The position numbers and the translations under genes were made by a program. This document shows positions 55,201-64,000 of a stretch of 64,000 bases of DNA, piece after piece; the stretch's first letter is position 1, and the number at the start of each line of letters is the position of its first letter. The notes beneath the pieces are model-generated. The model worked only from the letters and a program-made list of their open reading frames with translations, was not told the DNA's origin and ran no database searches. The DNA comes from an uncultured Prevotella sp. (GTDB taxonomy: Bacteria > Bacillota > Clostridia > Oscillospirales > Acutalibacteraceae). The DNA lies in the NCBI GenBank assembly GCA_963621245.1, contig CAVFCW010000004.1, positions 54,286 to 118,285 of the forward strand, written 5' to 3'.

Positions 55201-56038
55201 CCGAATGAACATCGGACAGGTTCTTGAGGTTCACCTCGGAATGGCTGCCACAGCACTCGGTTGGAAGATTATGACGCCTGTCTTTGACGGCGCTCATGAG
55301 CAGGATATCCGTGAGTGGTTCGCAGAGGCAAACAGAATCAAGGACGAGAGAAGCTTCTTAAGGGGCGTTCCGTTCACTCAGGACGGTAAGTTCTGGCTTC
55401 GTGACGGCAGAAGCGGCGAGTACTTCGATAACCCGGTTACGGTCGGATTTATGTACTACCTCAAGCTGCATCACCTTGTTGACGATAAGATTCACGCACG
55501 TTCAACAGGTCCTTACTCACTCGTTACTCAGCAGCCTCTCGGCGGTAAAGCTCAGTTCGGCGGTCAGAGATTCGGTGAGATGGAAGTTTGGGCACTCGAG
55601 GCTTACGGCGCAGCTTACACACTTCAGGAAATCCTCACCGTTAAGTCCGATGACGTTGTCGGTCGTGTTGAGACCTACGAGGCAATCGTTAAGGGTCAGA
55701 ATATTCCTACACCGGGCATTCCTGAGTCCTTCAAGGTTCTCATTAAAGAACTTCAGGCTCTCGGTCTTGACATGAAGGTTCTTGACAAGGAACAGAACGA
55801 AATTGACCTCCGCCAGACCTACGAGGAGGACGAGAAACTTCCGACGGCAGACGTCAACTTTGACGAGGCAAACGTTGCCGACGACCTCGACGGTTACAGA
55901 GAGGTTGACTCCGAGAATGACGATATCTTCGAGAACGATTCTTACACCTCGGAGGACGACGACGATTCAGAATTTTACAGCCAGACCGGAGACGACGACT
56001 TCGGCGATGACTTTGACAATGACGAAGATTTAATATAA
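52220..56038 (+). CDS. rpoB: DNA-directed RNA polymerase subunit beta, with acidic C-terminal tail
   Basis: It has [34 protein letters not shown] and GRHGNKGV. The start is placed at [10 protein letters not shown] (52220), while the track ORF starts at TTG 52175. Confidence 0.97.
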   Translation: MANYKTVKVGNTTVKEVPLGKQTRLSFSKIDEVIDMPNLIEIQKNSFKWFQEKGLKEVFDDVSGITDFNNKLVLDFVGYKFDDKPNYSVTECKDRDATYSVPLRVTARLFNKETGEIQTAEVFMGDFPLMTDSGTFVINGAERVIVSQLVRSPGVYYKMDYDKTGKELFSATVIPNRGAWLEYENDVNDVYYVRIDKNRKLPITVFIRALGLGTDTEIREKFGYDCDMLEATLAKDTTNNYEEGLFEVYKKLRPSEPPTVDSAKSHIEGLFFDSRRYDISRVGRYKYNKKLKLEGRLTGQTLSRPIVDEYTGEILAEAGEYISRERAAELDDLGVYECFVTVGDKEAKIISNGMVDIDKYVKLTDEEKEEWGINERVCYRALREILDENDGDEEELKNQIRLHKKDLIPDHITLDDIFATISYMLNLTVNLGVTDDIDHLGNRRTRSVGELLQNQVRIGFSRLERVIRERMTLQAQDSTQLSPHSLINIRPVVAAIREFFGSSPLSQFMDQNNPLSELTHKRRLSALGPGGLSRDRASFEVRDVHYTHYGRMCPIESPEGPNIGLISYLATFAKINHYGFIETPFRRVDKETGVVTSECKYMTADEEDEYVVAQANEPLDENGRFVNSRVVCRFRDEFIEVDPSKIDYMDVSPKMVVSVATACIPFLENDDANRALMGSNMQKQAVPLLKTESAVVATGMEYKAAVDSGVCVLAKNPGVVEYVSADLIKVKNDAGLMDEYEVIKFLRSNQSTCVNQIPCVSKGERVEAGAVLADGPAIKNGEIALGKNALIGFMTWEGYNYEDAVLLNERLVRDDVYTSIHIEEYEVECRDTKLGPEDITRDIPNVGEDMLRDLDERGIIRIGAEVVAGDILVGKVSPKGETELTAEERLLRAIFGEKAREVRDTSLRLPHGAYGTVVAVKEFTSENSKELSPGVKRVVRCYIAQKRKISVGDKMAGRHGNKGVVSRILPSEDMPFLEDGTPLDIVLNPLGVPSRMNIGQVLEVHLGMAATALGWKIMTPVFDGAHEQDIREWFAEANRIKDERSFLRGVPFTQDGKFWLRDGRSGEYFDNPVTVGFMYYLKLHHLVDDKIHARSTGPYSLVTQQPLGGKAQFGGQRFGEMEVWALEAYGAAYTLQEILTVKSDDVVGRVETYEAIVKGQNIPTPGIPESFKVLIKELQALGLDMKVLDKEQNEIDLRQTYEEDEKLPTADVNFDEANVADDLDGYREVDSENDDIFENDSYTSEDDDDSEFYSQTGDDDFGDDFDNDEDLI

Positions 56039-56056
56039 GAAGGGGGTAAAGCTTAG

Positions 56057-59000
56057 ATGGAATATAATGCATTTGATTCAATTAAGATAGGCCTTGCTTC
56101 TCCCGAGCAGATCAGAGAATGGTCCTACGGTGAAGTTAAAAAGCCAGAAACCATCAACTACAGAACCCTCAAGCCGGAAAGAGACGGCCTTTACTGCGAG
56201 CGTATTTTCGGACCTCAGAAGGACTGGGAGTGCCACTGCGGTAAGTACAAGAGGATTAGATATAAAGGCAAGATCTGCGAGCGTTGCGGCGTTGAAGTCA
56301 CACGCTCAAAGGTCAGACGTGAGAGAATGGGTCACATCGAGCTTGCTGCTCCTGTTTCCCACATCTGGTATTTCAAGGGCATTCCTTCAAGAATCGGCCT
56401 TATGCTGGATATCTCTCCGAGAATTCTCGAGAGAGTTCTCTACTTCGCTTCCTTCATCGTAACAGATGTCAAGGAGGGTTCGGCAGCCGAGAAAGAGCTC
56501 AGCGTAATGCAGACTCTTTCCGAAGGCGAATACAGAACCATGAAAGAGAAGTACGAGGACGACTTCGAGGCAGGAATGGGCGCCGAGGCTATCAAGATTT
56601 TGCTTGAGAGAATCGACGTTGAGGCACTCTCTGCAGCTCTCAAGAACGAGCTTGACGGCGCAAGCGGTCAGAAGAGAGTAAGACTTTTGAAGAGACTCGA
56701 CTGCGTTGAGTCCTTCAGAATCTCCGGCAACCGCCCCGAGTGGATGATTCTCGATGTTGTTCCGGTTCTTCCGCCCGACATCAGACCTATGGTTCAGCTT
56801 GACGGTGGCAGATTTGCAACAAGCGATCTTAACGATCTTTACAGAAGAGTTATCAACAGAAATAACCGTCTTAAGAGACTTTTAGAGCTTCACGCTCCTG
56901 ACATCATCGTCAGAAACGAGAAGAGAATGCTCCAGGAGGCTGTTGACGCTCTCATCGATAACGGCAGAAGAGGAAGACCTGTTGTCGGCCCGAACAACAG
57001 ACCGCTCAAGTCTCTCTCCGATATGCTCAAAGGTAAGCAGGGACGTTTCCGTCAGAACCTTCTCGGTAAGCGTGTTGACTACTCCGGACGTTCGGTTATC
57101 GTTGTCGGTCCTGAGCTCAAGATGTATCAGTGCGGTGTTCCGAAGGAGATGGCTCTCGAGCTCTTCAAGCCTTTCGTTATGAAGAGACTCGTCGAGACAA
57201 ACGCTGCGGCTAACATCAAGGCTGCAAGAAAAGCAGTCGAGAGAGCTAAGCCCGAGGTTTGGGACGCACTCGAGATTGTAATCAAGGATCATCCTGTTCT
57301 TCTCAACCGTGCTCCTACACTTCACAGACTCGGCATTCAGGCATTTGAGCCGGTTCTCGTTGAGGGTCGTGCTCTTAAGCTTCACCCGCTCGCATGTACG
57401 GCTTACAACGCCGACTTCGACGGCGACCAGATGGCTATTCACGTTCCGCTTTCGGCTGAAGCTCAGGCTGAGGCAAGATATCTCATGCTTGCCGCAAACA
57501 ACCTCTTGAAGCCTGCCGACGGAAAGCCGGTTGTTGTTCCTACTCAGGATATGATCCTCGGTTCATACTACCTCACGCTTGACAAGGGCGTTTACTGCGA
57601 CGAAGAGGGTAACCCCGTCGAGGGCAAGAGTAACTTTGTCAACTACGACATCACTCGTCTCAGAAGAGACGCAGGTGAGAGAGGAACCGTTGATACCGGC
57701 ATTAAGCCTGTCCTTTACTTCAAGGACGTAAACGAGGCTGAAGTTGCCTATGTTTCTCACGCAATCACACTTCACACAAAGATAAGAGTCAGAAAGACTG
57801 TCGAGTACGGCGGAAAGACTTACACAGGTATCATTGATACCACAATGGGTAAGATTATCTTCAACCGCGCTATTCCTCAGGACATCGGATTTATCGACAG
57901 AAGCAATCCGGACGACGTTCTCCGTTACGAGGTAGACTTCCTCGTTAAGAAGGGCGGCCTCGGAAAGATTATCGATAAGTGCATAAGAACTCACGGCACA
58001 GAGATTACCAGTGAGGTTCTTGATAACATTAAGGCTCAGGGATATAAATACTCCACAATCGGTGCTATCACCGTTGCTGTTCAGGATGCTACAATTCCGG
58101 GCGAAAAGAAGGCTATCCTCGCTAAAGCAGAGGAAGAGGTCGATCAGATCCGTGAGGACTTCGACTTCGGTCTTCTCTCCGATAACGAGCGTTACGGCGC
58201 AGTTGTCGACGCATGGAGCCGTGCAACAGATGAAGTTACAAAGGCTCTTCAGGACGGCCTTGATCAGTACAACCCGATCTACATGATGGCTGATTCCGGT
58301 GCCCGTGGTTCTATGTCTCAGATTCGTCAGCTCGCAGGTATGCGTGGTCTTATCGCTAACACATCAGGTAAGACTATCGAAATTCCGATCAGAGCTAACT
58401 ACCGTGAAGGTCTTAACATCATCGAGTACTTTATTTCATCTCGAGGCGCACGTAAAGGTCTTGCCGATACTGCTCTTCGTACAGCCGACTCGGGTTACCT
58501 CACAAGAAGACTTGTTGATGTTTCCCAGGAGGTTATCATCCATGAGGCAGACTGCCACACAACCGAGGGCCTTGAGATTTCCGATATCACATCAGGTCCC
58601 GAGACAATCGAGTCCTTCTCCGAGAGACTTATCGGAAGATATCTTCTCGAGGACTGCAAGGACGAGAACGGAAACGTTATCGTCAGCTGCGATAAGCTCA
58701 TGGACGAGGATGACGCAAAGAAGATTGTTGCCGCAGGCTACAAGTCAATCAAGATTCGTTCCATCCTCAACTGCCACGCTACAAGAGGTGTATGTATCAA
58801 GTGCTACGGCTCATCACTTGCCAACGGCAAGCCTGTTCAGGTCGGTGATACAGTTGGTATCATCGCCGCTCAGTCCATCGGTGAACCTGGTACACAGCTT
58901 ACAATGAGAACGTTCCACACCGGTGGTGTTGCTTCCGCCGAGGATATCACACAGGGTCTTCCGAGAGTTGAAGAGCTCTTTGAGGGCAGAAAGCCCAAGA

Positions 59001-59755
59001 AGCTCGCTATCATCTCTGAGATCAGCGGTGAGGTTTCCGTTGAGGAAGTCAGAAGAACTCAGAACGTTGTCGTCACAAACAACAACGACGGCGATGTCAG
59101 AAAGTATTCTATCCCGTTCGGCACACGTCCTACCGTTCAGGCAGGTCAGTACATCGAAAAGGGTACAAGAATCACAGAAGGTTCTGTCAACCCGCATGAT
59201 GTTCTTGCTGTTCTCGGTGAGCAGGCTGTTCAGGATTACCTCATTCTCGAAGTTCAGAAGACCTACCGTCAGCAGGGTGTTGATATCGCCGATAAGCACA
59301 TCGAGGTTATCGTTCGCCAGATGCTCAGAAAGGTAAAGGTCAAGACTCAGGGCTCTTCCGATCTCATCGTTGGCGCTACTGTCGATAAGGCAGATATCTA
59401 CAACGCAAACAAGAGAATTGAGGCAAGAATTGCTCAGGGCGAGACAGGTCTCGAGTATGCAGAGTACGAGCCGATACTTCTCGGTATCACAAAGGCTTCT
59501 CTCGCAACAGACTCCTTCATGTCAGCCGCTTCCTTCCAGGAGACAACAAGAGTTCTCACAGACGCAGCTATCAAGGGCAAGGTCGATCACCTTCTCGGAC
59601 TCAAGGAGAATGTTATCATCGGTAACCTTATTCCTGCCGGTACGGGCATGCAGTGCTACAACGATGTTACAATCGAGCCGGTAGGCGGCACTCCGTCCGA
59701 TGACGAGGCTTTGGAGAGCGCGGCTGAGAACGCAGCATCTTCTGATGTCGAGTAA
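56057..59755 (+). CDS. rpoC: DNA-directed RNA polymerase subunit beta'
   Basis: Zinc finger [20 protein letters not shown], the catalytic [10 protein letters not shown] motif, and the trigger-loop region. Confidence 0.97.
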   Translation: MEYNAFDSIKIGLASPEQIREWSYGEVKKPETINYRTLKPERDGLYCERIFGPQKDWECHCGKYKRIRYKGKICERCGVEVTRSKVRRERMGHIELAAPVSHIWYFKGIPSRIGLMLDISPRILERVLYFASFIVTDVKEGSAAEKELSVMQTLSEGEYRTMKEKYEDDFEAGMGAEAIKILLERIDVEALSAALKNELDGASGQKRVRLLKRLDCVESFRISGNRPEWMILDVVPVLPPDIRPMVQLDGGRFATSDLNDLYRRVINRNNRLKRLLELHAPDIIVRNEKRMLQEAVDALIDNGRRGRPVVGPNNRPLKSLSDMLKGKQGRFRQNLLGKRVDYSGRSVIVVGPELKMYQCGVPKEMALELFKPFVMKRLVETNAAANIKAARKAVERAKPEVWDALEIVIKDHPVLLNRAPTLHRLGIQAFEPVLVEGRALKLHPLACTAYNADFDGDQMAIHVPLSAEAQAEARYLMLAANNLLKPADGKPVVVPTQDMILGSYYLTLDKGVYCDEEGNPVEGKSNFVNYDITRLRRDAGERGTVDTGIKPVLYFKDVNEAEVAYVSHAITLHTKIRVRKTVEYGGKTYTGIIDTTMGKIIFNRAIPQDIGFIDRSNPDDVLRYEVDFLVKKGGLGKIIDKCIRTHGTEITSEVLDNIKAQGYKYSTIGAITVAVQDATIPGEKKAILAKAEEEVDQIREDFDFGLLSDNERYGAVVDAWSRATDEVTKALQDGLDQYNPIYMMADSGARGSMSQIRQLAGMRGLIANTSGKTIEIPIRANYREGLNIIEYFISSRGARKGLADTALRTADSGYLTRRLVDVSQEVIIHEADCHTTEGLEISDITSGPETIESFSERLIGRYLLEDCKDENGNVIVSCDKLMDEDDAKKIVAAGYKSIKIRSILNCHATRGVCIKCYGSSLANGKPVQVGDTVGIIAAQSIGEPGTQLTMRTFHTGGVASAEDITQGLPRVEELFEGRKPKKLAIISEISGEVSVEEVRRTQNVVVTNNNDGDVRKYSIPFGTRPTVQAGQYIEKGTRITEGSVNPHDVLAVLGEQAVQDYLILEVQKTYRQQGVDIADKHIEVIVRQMLRKVKVKTQGSSDLIVGATVDKADIYNANKRIEARIAQGETGLEYAEYEPILLGITKASLATDSFMSAASFQETTRVLTDAAIKGKVDHLLGLKENVIIGNLIPAGTGMQCYNDVTIEPVGGTPSDDEALESAAENAASSDVE

Positions 59756-59788
59756 TATAAAAAACCGCTTGTCAAAGCCAAAAAAAGC

Positions 59789-59817
59789 TTGACATAAGCC
59801 GCTCTTTGTGTTAAAAT
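59789..59817 (+). promoter_or_regulatory. near-consensus promoter (TTGACA-17-TGtTAAAAT) between rpoC and rpsL
   Basis: TTGACA at 59789-59794, a 17-nt spacer ending in TGT, and TAAAAT at 59812-59817. Confidence 0.55.
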
Positions 59818-59850
59818 TTCTCTCTGGGCGGTAAAGAAACGGATACTTAT

Positions 59851-59890
59851 GTGTCCTGACGGAATTTATCGCCGTCAGGACACTTTTTTG
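59851..59890 (+). terminator. strong intrinsic terminator, downstream of both rpoC and the 59789 promoter
   Basis: A perfect 12-bp stem, GTGTCCTGACGG / CCGTCAGGACAC, with a 9-nt loop, followed by TTTTTTG. Confidence 0.85.
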
Positions 59891-60006
59891 TATATATCGC
59901 CCGAAACAAAGGGGATTGTCCTGTTAACACAGCTATAAACAAGGCTCATTTCTACCTTGTTTATCATACATAAATCAGAAAAATTTATAATGAGGAGGTG
60001 CACACA

Positions 60007-60430
60007 TTTGCCTACATTTAACCAGTTAGTTCACAACGGACGTAGTGTAAAGGACTCAAAAGCTAAGGCTCCGGCACTTTTAAAGGGATGGAACTCAAAG
60101 AAGAGAGTTGCTATCGATCAGGATAGCCCACAAAAGCGTGGCGTTTGCACATCAGTTAAGACTGCTACACCTAAGAAGCCTAACTCAGCTCTTCGTAAGA
60201 TCGCCAGAGTAAGACTTTCCAACGGTATGGAAGTTACAGCTTATATCCCGGGTGAGGGACACAACCTTCAGGAGCATAGCGTTGTTATGATCCGTGGCGG
60301 CCGTGTAAGAGATATCCCTGGTGTACGTTATCACATCATCAGAGGCGCTCTCGATGCTCAGGGTGTTGCTAAGAGAATGCAGTCCAGATCCAAGTACGGC
60401 GCTAAGAAGCCGAAGGCAGGTAAGAAGTAA
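60007..60430 (+). CDS. rpsL: 30S ribosomal protein S12
   Basis: (M)[46 protein letters not shown] start at 60007 lies 8 nt after AGGAGG. The track ORF starts further upstream, at 59957. Confidence 0.95.
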
Positions 60431-60589
60431 TTTAAATACTGCCGTCCACAAAATTCGTTAAGTCAAACCATAGGCTTGCCGGAAAAATTCCGGTCAGGCG
60501 TTTATATAAATATAAATGCCGATCCTTAGCCAGGCGGGAGTTTGAACTTTCGAGTACCTATGATATCATTTTATGAAGGAGGGAAGACT

Positions 60590-61060
60590 ATGCCAAGAAG
60601 AGGCAATATAGCAAAGCGTGACGTTTTGCCAGATCCTATGTACAATTCAAAGCTGGTTACACGTCTTATCAACAGCATCATGCTCGACGGTAAGAAGGGT
60701 GTAGCTCAGAAGATCGTTTATGATGCATTCGCAATCGTTGAGGAGAAATCCGGTAAGGATGCATTAGAGGTTTTTGAGGCAGCAATGGAGAATGTTATGC
60801 CGTCAGTTGAGACAAAGTCCAGACGTGTCGGCGGTGCTAACTACCAGGTTCCGATCGAGGTTCGTCCTGAGAGACGCCAGACACTCGGACTCAGATGGTT
60901 AACTCAGTATTCCAGAGCTCGTTCAGAGAAAACTATGAAGGAGCGTCTTGCAAACGAGATCCTCGATGCCGTTAATGGTGCAGGCGGAGCAGCTAAGAAG
61001 CGCGAAGATACACACAGAATGGCAGAAGCAAACAGAGCATTCGCACATTACAGATGGTAA
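60590..61060 (+). CDS. rpsG: 30S ribosomal protein S7
   Basis: [36 protein letters not shown] is the canonical S7 N-terminus. AGGAGGG lies upstream. Confidence 0.96.
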   Translation: MPRRGNIAKRDVLPDPMYNSKLVTRLINSIMLDGKKGVAQKIVYDAFAIVEEKSGKDALEVFEAAMENVMPSVETKSRRVGGANYQVPIEVRPERRQTLGLRWLTQYSRARSEKTMKERLANEILDAVNGAGGAAKKREDTHRMAEANRAFAHYRW

Positions 61061-61080
61061 TCGCTGTTTAGGAGGAAATT

Positions 61081-63204
61081 ATGGCAAGAGAAGTTTCACT
61101 GGAAATGACCAGAAATATCGGTATCATGGCTCACATCGATGCCGGTAAAACTACTACAACCGAAAGAATCCTTTATTATACAGGCGTTAACTACAAGATC
61201 GGTGAGACACATGAAGGTGCCGCAACAATGGACTGGATGGCTCAGGAGCAGGAGCGTGGTATCACTATCACATCCGCTGCTACAACATGCTACTGGTCAC
61301 ATACCGACCTCGTAAATGCCGGCGATAAGAAGGAAATTGCAAAGAACAGACACAGAATCAACATCATCGACACCCCCGGCCACGTTGACTTCACAGTTGA
61401 GGTTCAGCGTTCACTGAGAGTTCTCGACGGTTCCGTTACTGTTTTCTGCGCAAAGGGCGGCGTTGAGCCCCAGTCCGAGACAGTTTGGAGACAGGCTGAG
61501 GAATATCATGTTCCGAGAATGGCTTTTGTCAACAAGATGGACATCATGGGCGCAGACTTCTACAGAGTTGTCCAGATGATGAAGGACAGACTCAAGTGTA
61601 ACGCTGTTCCGATTCAGCTTCCTATCGGCGCTGAGGATACTTTTAAGGGTATCGTCGACCTCGTCGAGATGAAAGCTTACATCTACTATGATGACCTTGG
61701 AAAGGATATCCGCTGCGAGGATATTCCCGAGGATATGGTAGAGATTTCCAATAAGTACCACGAAGAGCTCATCGAGCACGTTGCCGACTTGGACGAAGAC
61801 ATCATGATGCTTTACCTCGACGGAGAAGAGATTCCCCAGAGCGACATCAAGAGAGTTATCCGTCAGTCTACAATCAACAACACAATGGTTCCTGTTACAT
61901 GCGGTACAGCATACAGAAACAAGGGTGTTCAGAAGCTTCTTGACGCTATCGTTGACTACATGCCGTCTCCGATCGATGTTCCTGCTATCAAGGGCGTAAA
62001 CCCCGAGACAGAGGAAGAGGAAGAGAGACATTCAAGTGACGACGAGCCGTTTGCAGCTCTCGCATTTAAGATCGCAACAGACCCGTTCGTCGGTAAGCTC
62101 GCATTCTTCCGCGTTTACTCCGGAACACTCGAGGCCGGCACTCAGGTCTATAACTGCAATAAGGACAACAAAGAGCGTATCGGACGTATTGTTCAGATGC
62201 ACGCTAACCAGAGAAAGGATATCGAGAAGGTTTATGCCGGTGATATCGCTGCTGCTGTTGGTCTTAAGAACACAACAACAGGTGATACACTTTGCGATGA
62301 GACTCATCCCATCATTCTCGAGTCTATGAACTTCCCTGATCCTGTTATCCGTGTTGCTATCGAGCCTAAGACTAAGGCTGCTCAGGAAAAGATGGGCATT
62401 GCCCTCGCAAAGCTTGCTGAAGAGGATCCTACCTTCAAGGCATACACAGACGAGGAGACAGGCCAAACTATCATCGCCGGTATGGGTGAGCTTCACCTCG
62501 AGATCATCGTTGACAGACTTTTCCGTGAGTTCAAGGTTGAGGCTAACGTTGGTAAGCCGCAGGTTGCTTACAAAGAGACAATCCTCTCCAACTCCGATGT
62601 TGACTGCAAGTATGCACGTCAGTCCGGTGGTAAAGGTCAGTATGGTCACGTTAAGATCAGACTTGAGCCGAACCCGGGCAAGGGCTACGAGTTCGTTAAC
62701 GCCGTTGTCGGTGGATCTGTCCCGAAGGAATATATTCCTGCTGTTGACGCAGGTATCCAGGGTGCTATGCAGTCCGGTGTTGTAGCTGGCTACAACGTTG
62801 TTGACTGTAAGGTAACACTTTATGATGGATCTTATCATGAGGTTGACTCCTCCGAAATGGCCTTTAAGATTGCCGGTTCTATGGCATTCAAAGAGGCTAT
62901 GGGCAAGGCTAAGCCGGTTCTCATGGAGCCTATCATGAAGGTTGTTGTTACAACACCTGAGGAGTACATGGGCGATGTTATCGGTGACCTTAACTCCAGA
63001 CGTGGTATGATTCAGTCCATGGAGGCTATCACAGGCGGTCAGCAGATCACAGCTCAGGTTCCGCTTTCAGAGATGTTCGGTTACGCTACAGACATGCGTT
63101 CCAAGACTCAGGGCCGTGGCGCTTACGTTATGGAGCCTGATACTTACGCAGAGGTTCCGAAGTCTGTTGCCGAGAACATCATTTCCGAGAGAAGCAAGAA
63201 GTAA
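61081..63204 (+). CDS. fusA: elongation factor G
   Basis: [30 protein letters not shown] and NKMD. 707 aa. Confidence 0.97.
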   Translation: MAREVSLEMTRNIGIMAHIDAGKTTTTERILYYTGVNYKIGETHEGAATMDWMAQEQERGITITSAATTCYWSHTDLVNAGDKKEIAKNRHRINIIDTPGHVDFTVEVQRSLRVLDGSVTVFCAKGGVEPQSETVWRQAEEYHVPRMAFVNKMDIMGADFYRVVQMMKDRLKCNAVPIQLPIGAEDTFKGIVDLVEMKAYIYYDDLGKDIRCEDIPEDMVEISNKYHEELIEHVADLDEDIMMLYLDGEEIPQSDIKRVIRQSTINNTMVPVTCGTAYRNKGVQKLLDAIVDYMPSPIDVPAIKGVNPETEEEEERHSSDDEPFAALAFKIATDPFVGKLAFFRVYSGTLEAGTQVYNCNKDNKERIGRIVQMHANQRKDIEKVYAGDIAAAVGLKNTTTGDTLCDETHPIILESMNFPDPVIRVAIEPKTKAAQEKMGIALAKLAEEDPTFKAYTDEETGQTIIAGMGELHLEIIVDRLFREFKVEANVGKPQVAYKETILSNSDVDCKYARQSGGKGQYGHVKIRLEPNPGKGYEFVNAVVGGSVPKEYIPAVDAGIQGAMQSGVVAGYNVVDCKVTLYDGSYHEVDSSEMAFKIAGSMAFKEAMGKAKPVLMEPIMKVVVTTPEEYMGDVIGDLNSRRGMIQSMEAITGGQQITAQVPLSEMFGYATDMRSKTQGRGAYVMEPDTYAEVPKSVAENIISERSKK

Positions 63205-63288
63205 TTCAAGCTTTTCAAAAGAGAAAAACTTCCTATCCGTGCTTTCGTGAGTAACCCTCACGAGAGCCATCGGATATAAAAATAAGGC

Positions 63289-63316
63289 TTGATTTTTCGC
63301 ATATTTGTGGTAAAAT
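63289..63316 (+). promoter_or_regulatory. putative internal promoter for tuf (TTGATT-16-TGgTAAAAT)
   Basis: TTGATT at 63289-63294, a 16-nt spacer ending in TGG, and TAAAAT at 63311-63316. Confidence 0.45.
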
Positions 63317-63372
63317 TAAGCTAACAGTTTTTAACTACTTAATTAATTTGACTATTAAGGGAGGCAATTCCA

Positions 63373-64000
63373 ATGGCAAAACAAAAGTTTGAAAGAAATA
63401 AGCCACATGTTAACATTGGTACAATCGGCCACGTTGACCACGGCAAGACAACACTTACAGCTGCTATCACAAAGGTTCTTTCCTTCAAGGGACAGGCTGC
63501 TTTCGAGGATTATTCCATGATCGATAAGGCTCCTGAGGAGAGAGAGCGTGGTATCACAATCAACACAGCTCACGTTGAGTACGAGACAGACAAGAGACAT
63601 TACGCTCACGTTGACTGCCCCGGCCATGCTGACTATGTTAAGAACATGATCACAGGTGCTGCACAGATGGACGGCGCTATCCTCGTTGTTTCCGCTGCTG
63701 ACGGTCCTATGCCTCAGACAAGAGAGCACATCCTTCTTTCCAGACAGGTTGGTGTTCCTTACATCGTTGTTTTCATGAACAAGGCTGACCAGGTTGACGA
63801 CGAAGAGCTTATGGATCTCGTCGAGATGGAGATCAGAGACCTCCTCAACGAGTATGACTTCCCGGGTGACGATGTTCCGATCATCAAGGGTTCTGCTCTT
63901 CAGGCTCTCGAGTCTACATCCACAGATGTCAATGCTCCTGAGTATGCTCCGATCCTCGAGCTCATGGATGCTGTTGATGCTTACATTCCTACTCCTGAGA
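63373..64000 (+). CDS. tuf: elongation factor Tu, 5' part (runs off the window)
   Basis: Hand translation gives [58 protein letters not shown] lies upstream. The ORF is absent from the track because it is open at the window edge. Confidence 0.97.
   Translation, partial: MAKQKFERNKPHVNIGTIGHVDHGKTTLTAAITKVLSFKGQAAFEDYSMIDKAPEERERGITINTAHVEYETDKRHYAHVDCPGHADYVKNMITGAAQMDGAILVVSAADGPMPQTREHILLSRQVGVPYIVVFMNKADQVDDEELMDLVEMEIRDLLNEYDFPGDDVPIIKGSALQALESTSTDVNAPEYAPILELMDAVDAYIPTPE

Noticed and set aside
59849-59938. 29-codon ORF (MCPDGIYRRQDTFLYISPETKGIVLLTQL) in the rpoC-rpsL spacer.
   Set aside because: There is no SD, and the ORF is made largely of the terminator stem-loop.
59916-59939. TTGTCC-N12-TATAAA upstream of rpsL, resembling half of the 13067/13529/14091 module.
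   Set aside because: It lacks the upstream TGTCC repeat and the AAATCACA block. A single 5-mer plus an AT-rich hexamer is easily chance, so it is not counted as a fourth copy.
63243-63267. 10-bp hairpin (CTTTCGTGAG-taacc-CTCACGAGAG) after fusA, considered as a terminator.
   Set aside because: No U-tract follows. It may be a processing or stability element, but it is not a canonical intrinsic terminator.
1-64000. Search by eye for tRNA/rRNA genes, transposase or integrase genes, prophage genes, toxin-antitoxin pairs and known defence-system genes.
   Set aside because: None was recognised. All long ORFs are accounted for by housekeeping or transporter families. Without tools, short tRNAs cannot be formally excluded, but every intergenic spacer over 150 nt was read and none contains a GGTTCGAATCC-like T-arm.

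Overview
The window is a 64-kb chromosomal segment with Firmicutes/Clostridia-like gene order (taxonomy is an inference). It is almost entirely housekeeping and mostly on the + strand. In order:
- The tail of the spc/alpha ribosomal operon (map, KOW protein, infA, rpmJ, rpsM, rpsK, rpsD, rpoA, rplQ), then hflX on the - strand.
- A type II fatty-acid synthesis cluster (FabT-like MarR, fabH, fabK, fabD, fabG, fabF, fabZ, accD, accA) with no acpP, accB or accC.
- An unannotated 1.3-kb stretch holding six small ORFs with Shine-Dalgarno (SD) sites, behind three copies of one promoter module, followed by a TIGR00266/AIM24 gene.
- PucR regulator (-), GH42 beta-galactosidase, prs, and a split larC with a His-rich insert.
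- pnp and rpsO in swapped order, then TetR plus an orphan ABC ATPase.
- rimP-nusA-ylxR-ylxQ-infB-rbfA-nrnA-truB-ribF; infB carries an 11.7-copy, 36-bp in-frame tandem repeat.
- A 10-gene Mrp/Mbh-type antiporter cluster with four antiporter-like subunits.
- A small accessory operon (C39-like peptidase, acidic protein, AEC transporter, HAD hydrolase, pdxK, Kv-like K+ channel), then MATE and MarR (-).
- rpoB, rpoC, rpsL, rpsG, fusA and the 5' part of tuf.

I saw no rRNA, tRNA, CRISPR array, transposase or integrase. The most novel-looking locus is 13067-15091: the triplicated TGTCC-N6-TGTCC promoter module, the six small ORFs (four are membrane peptides), and the AIM24-family gene. All family calls come from reading the translations and from gene order. 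No database search was run.
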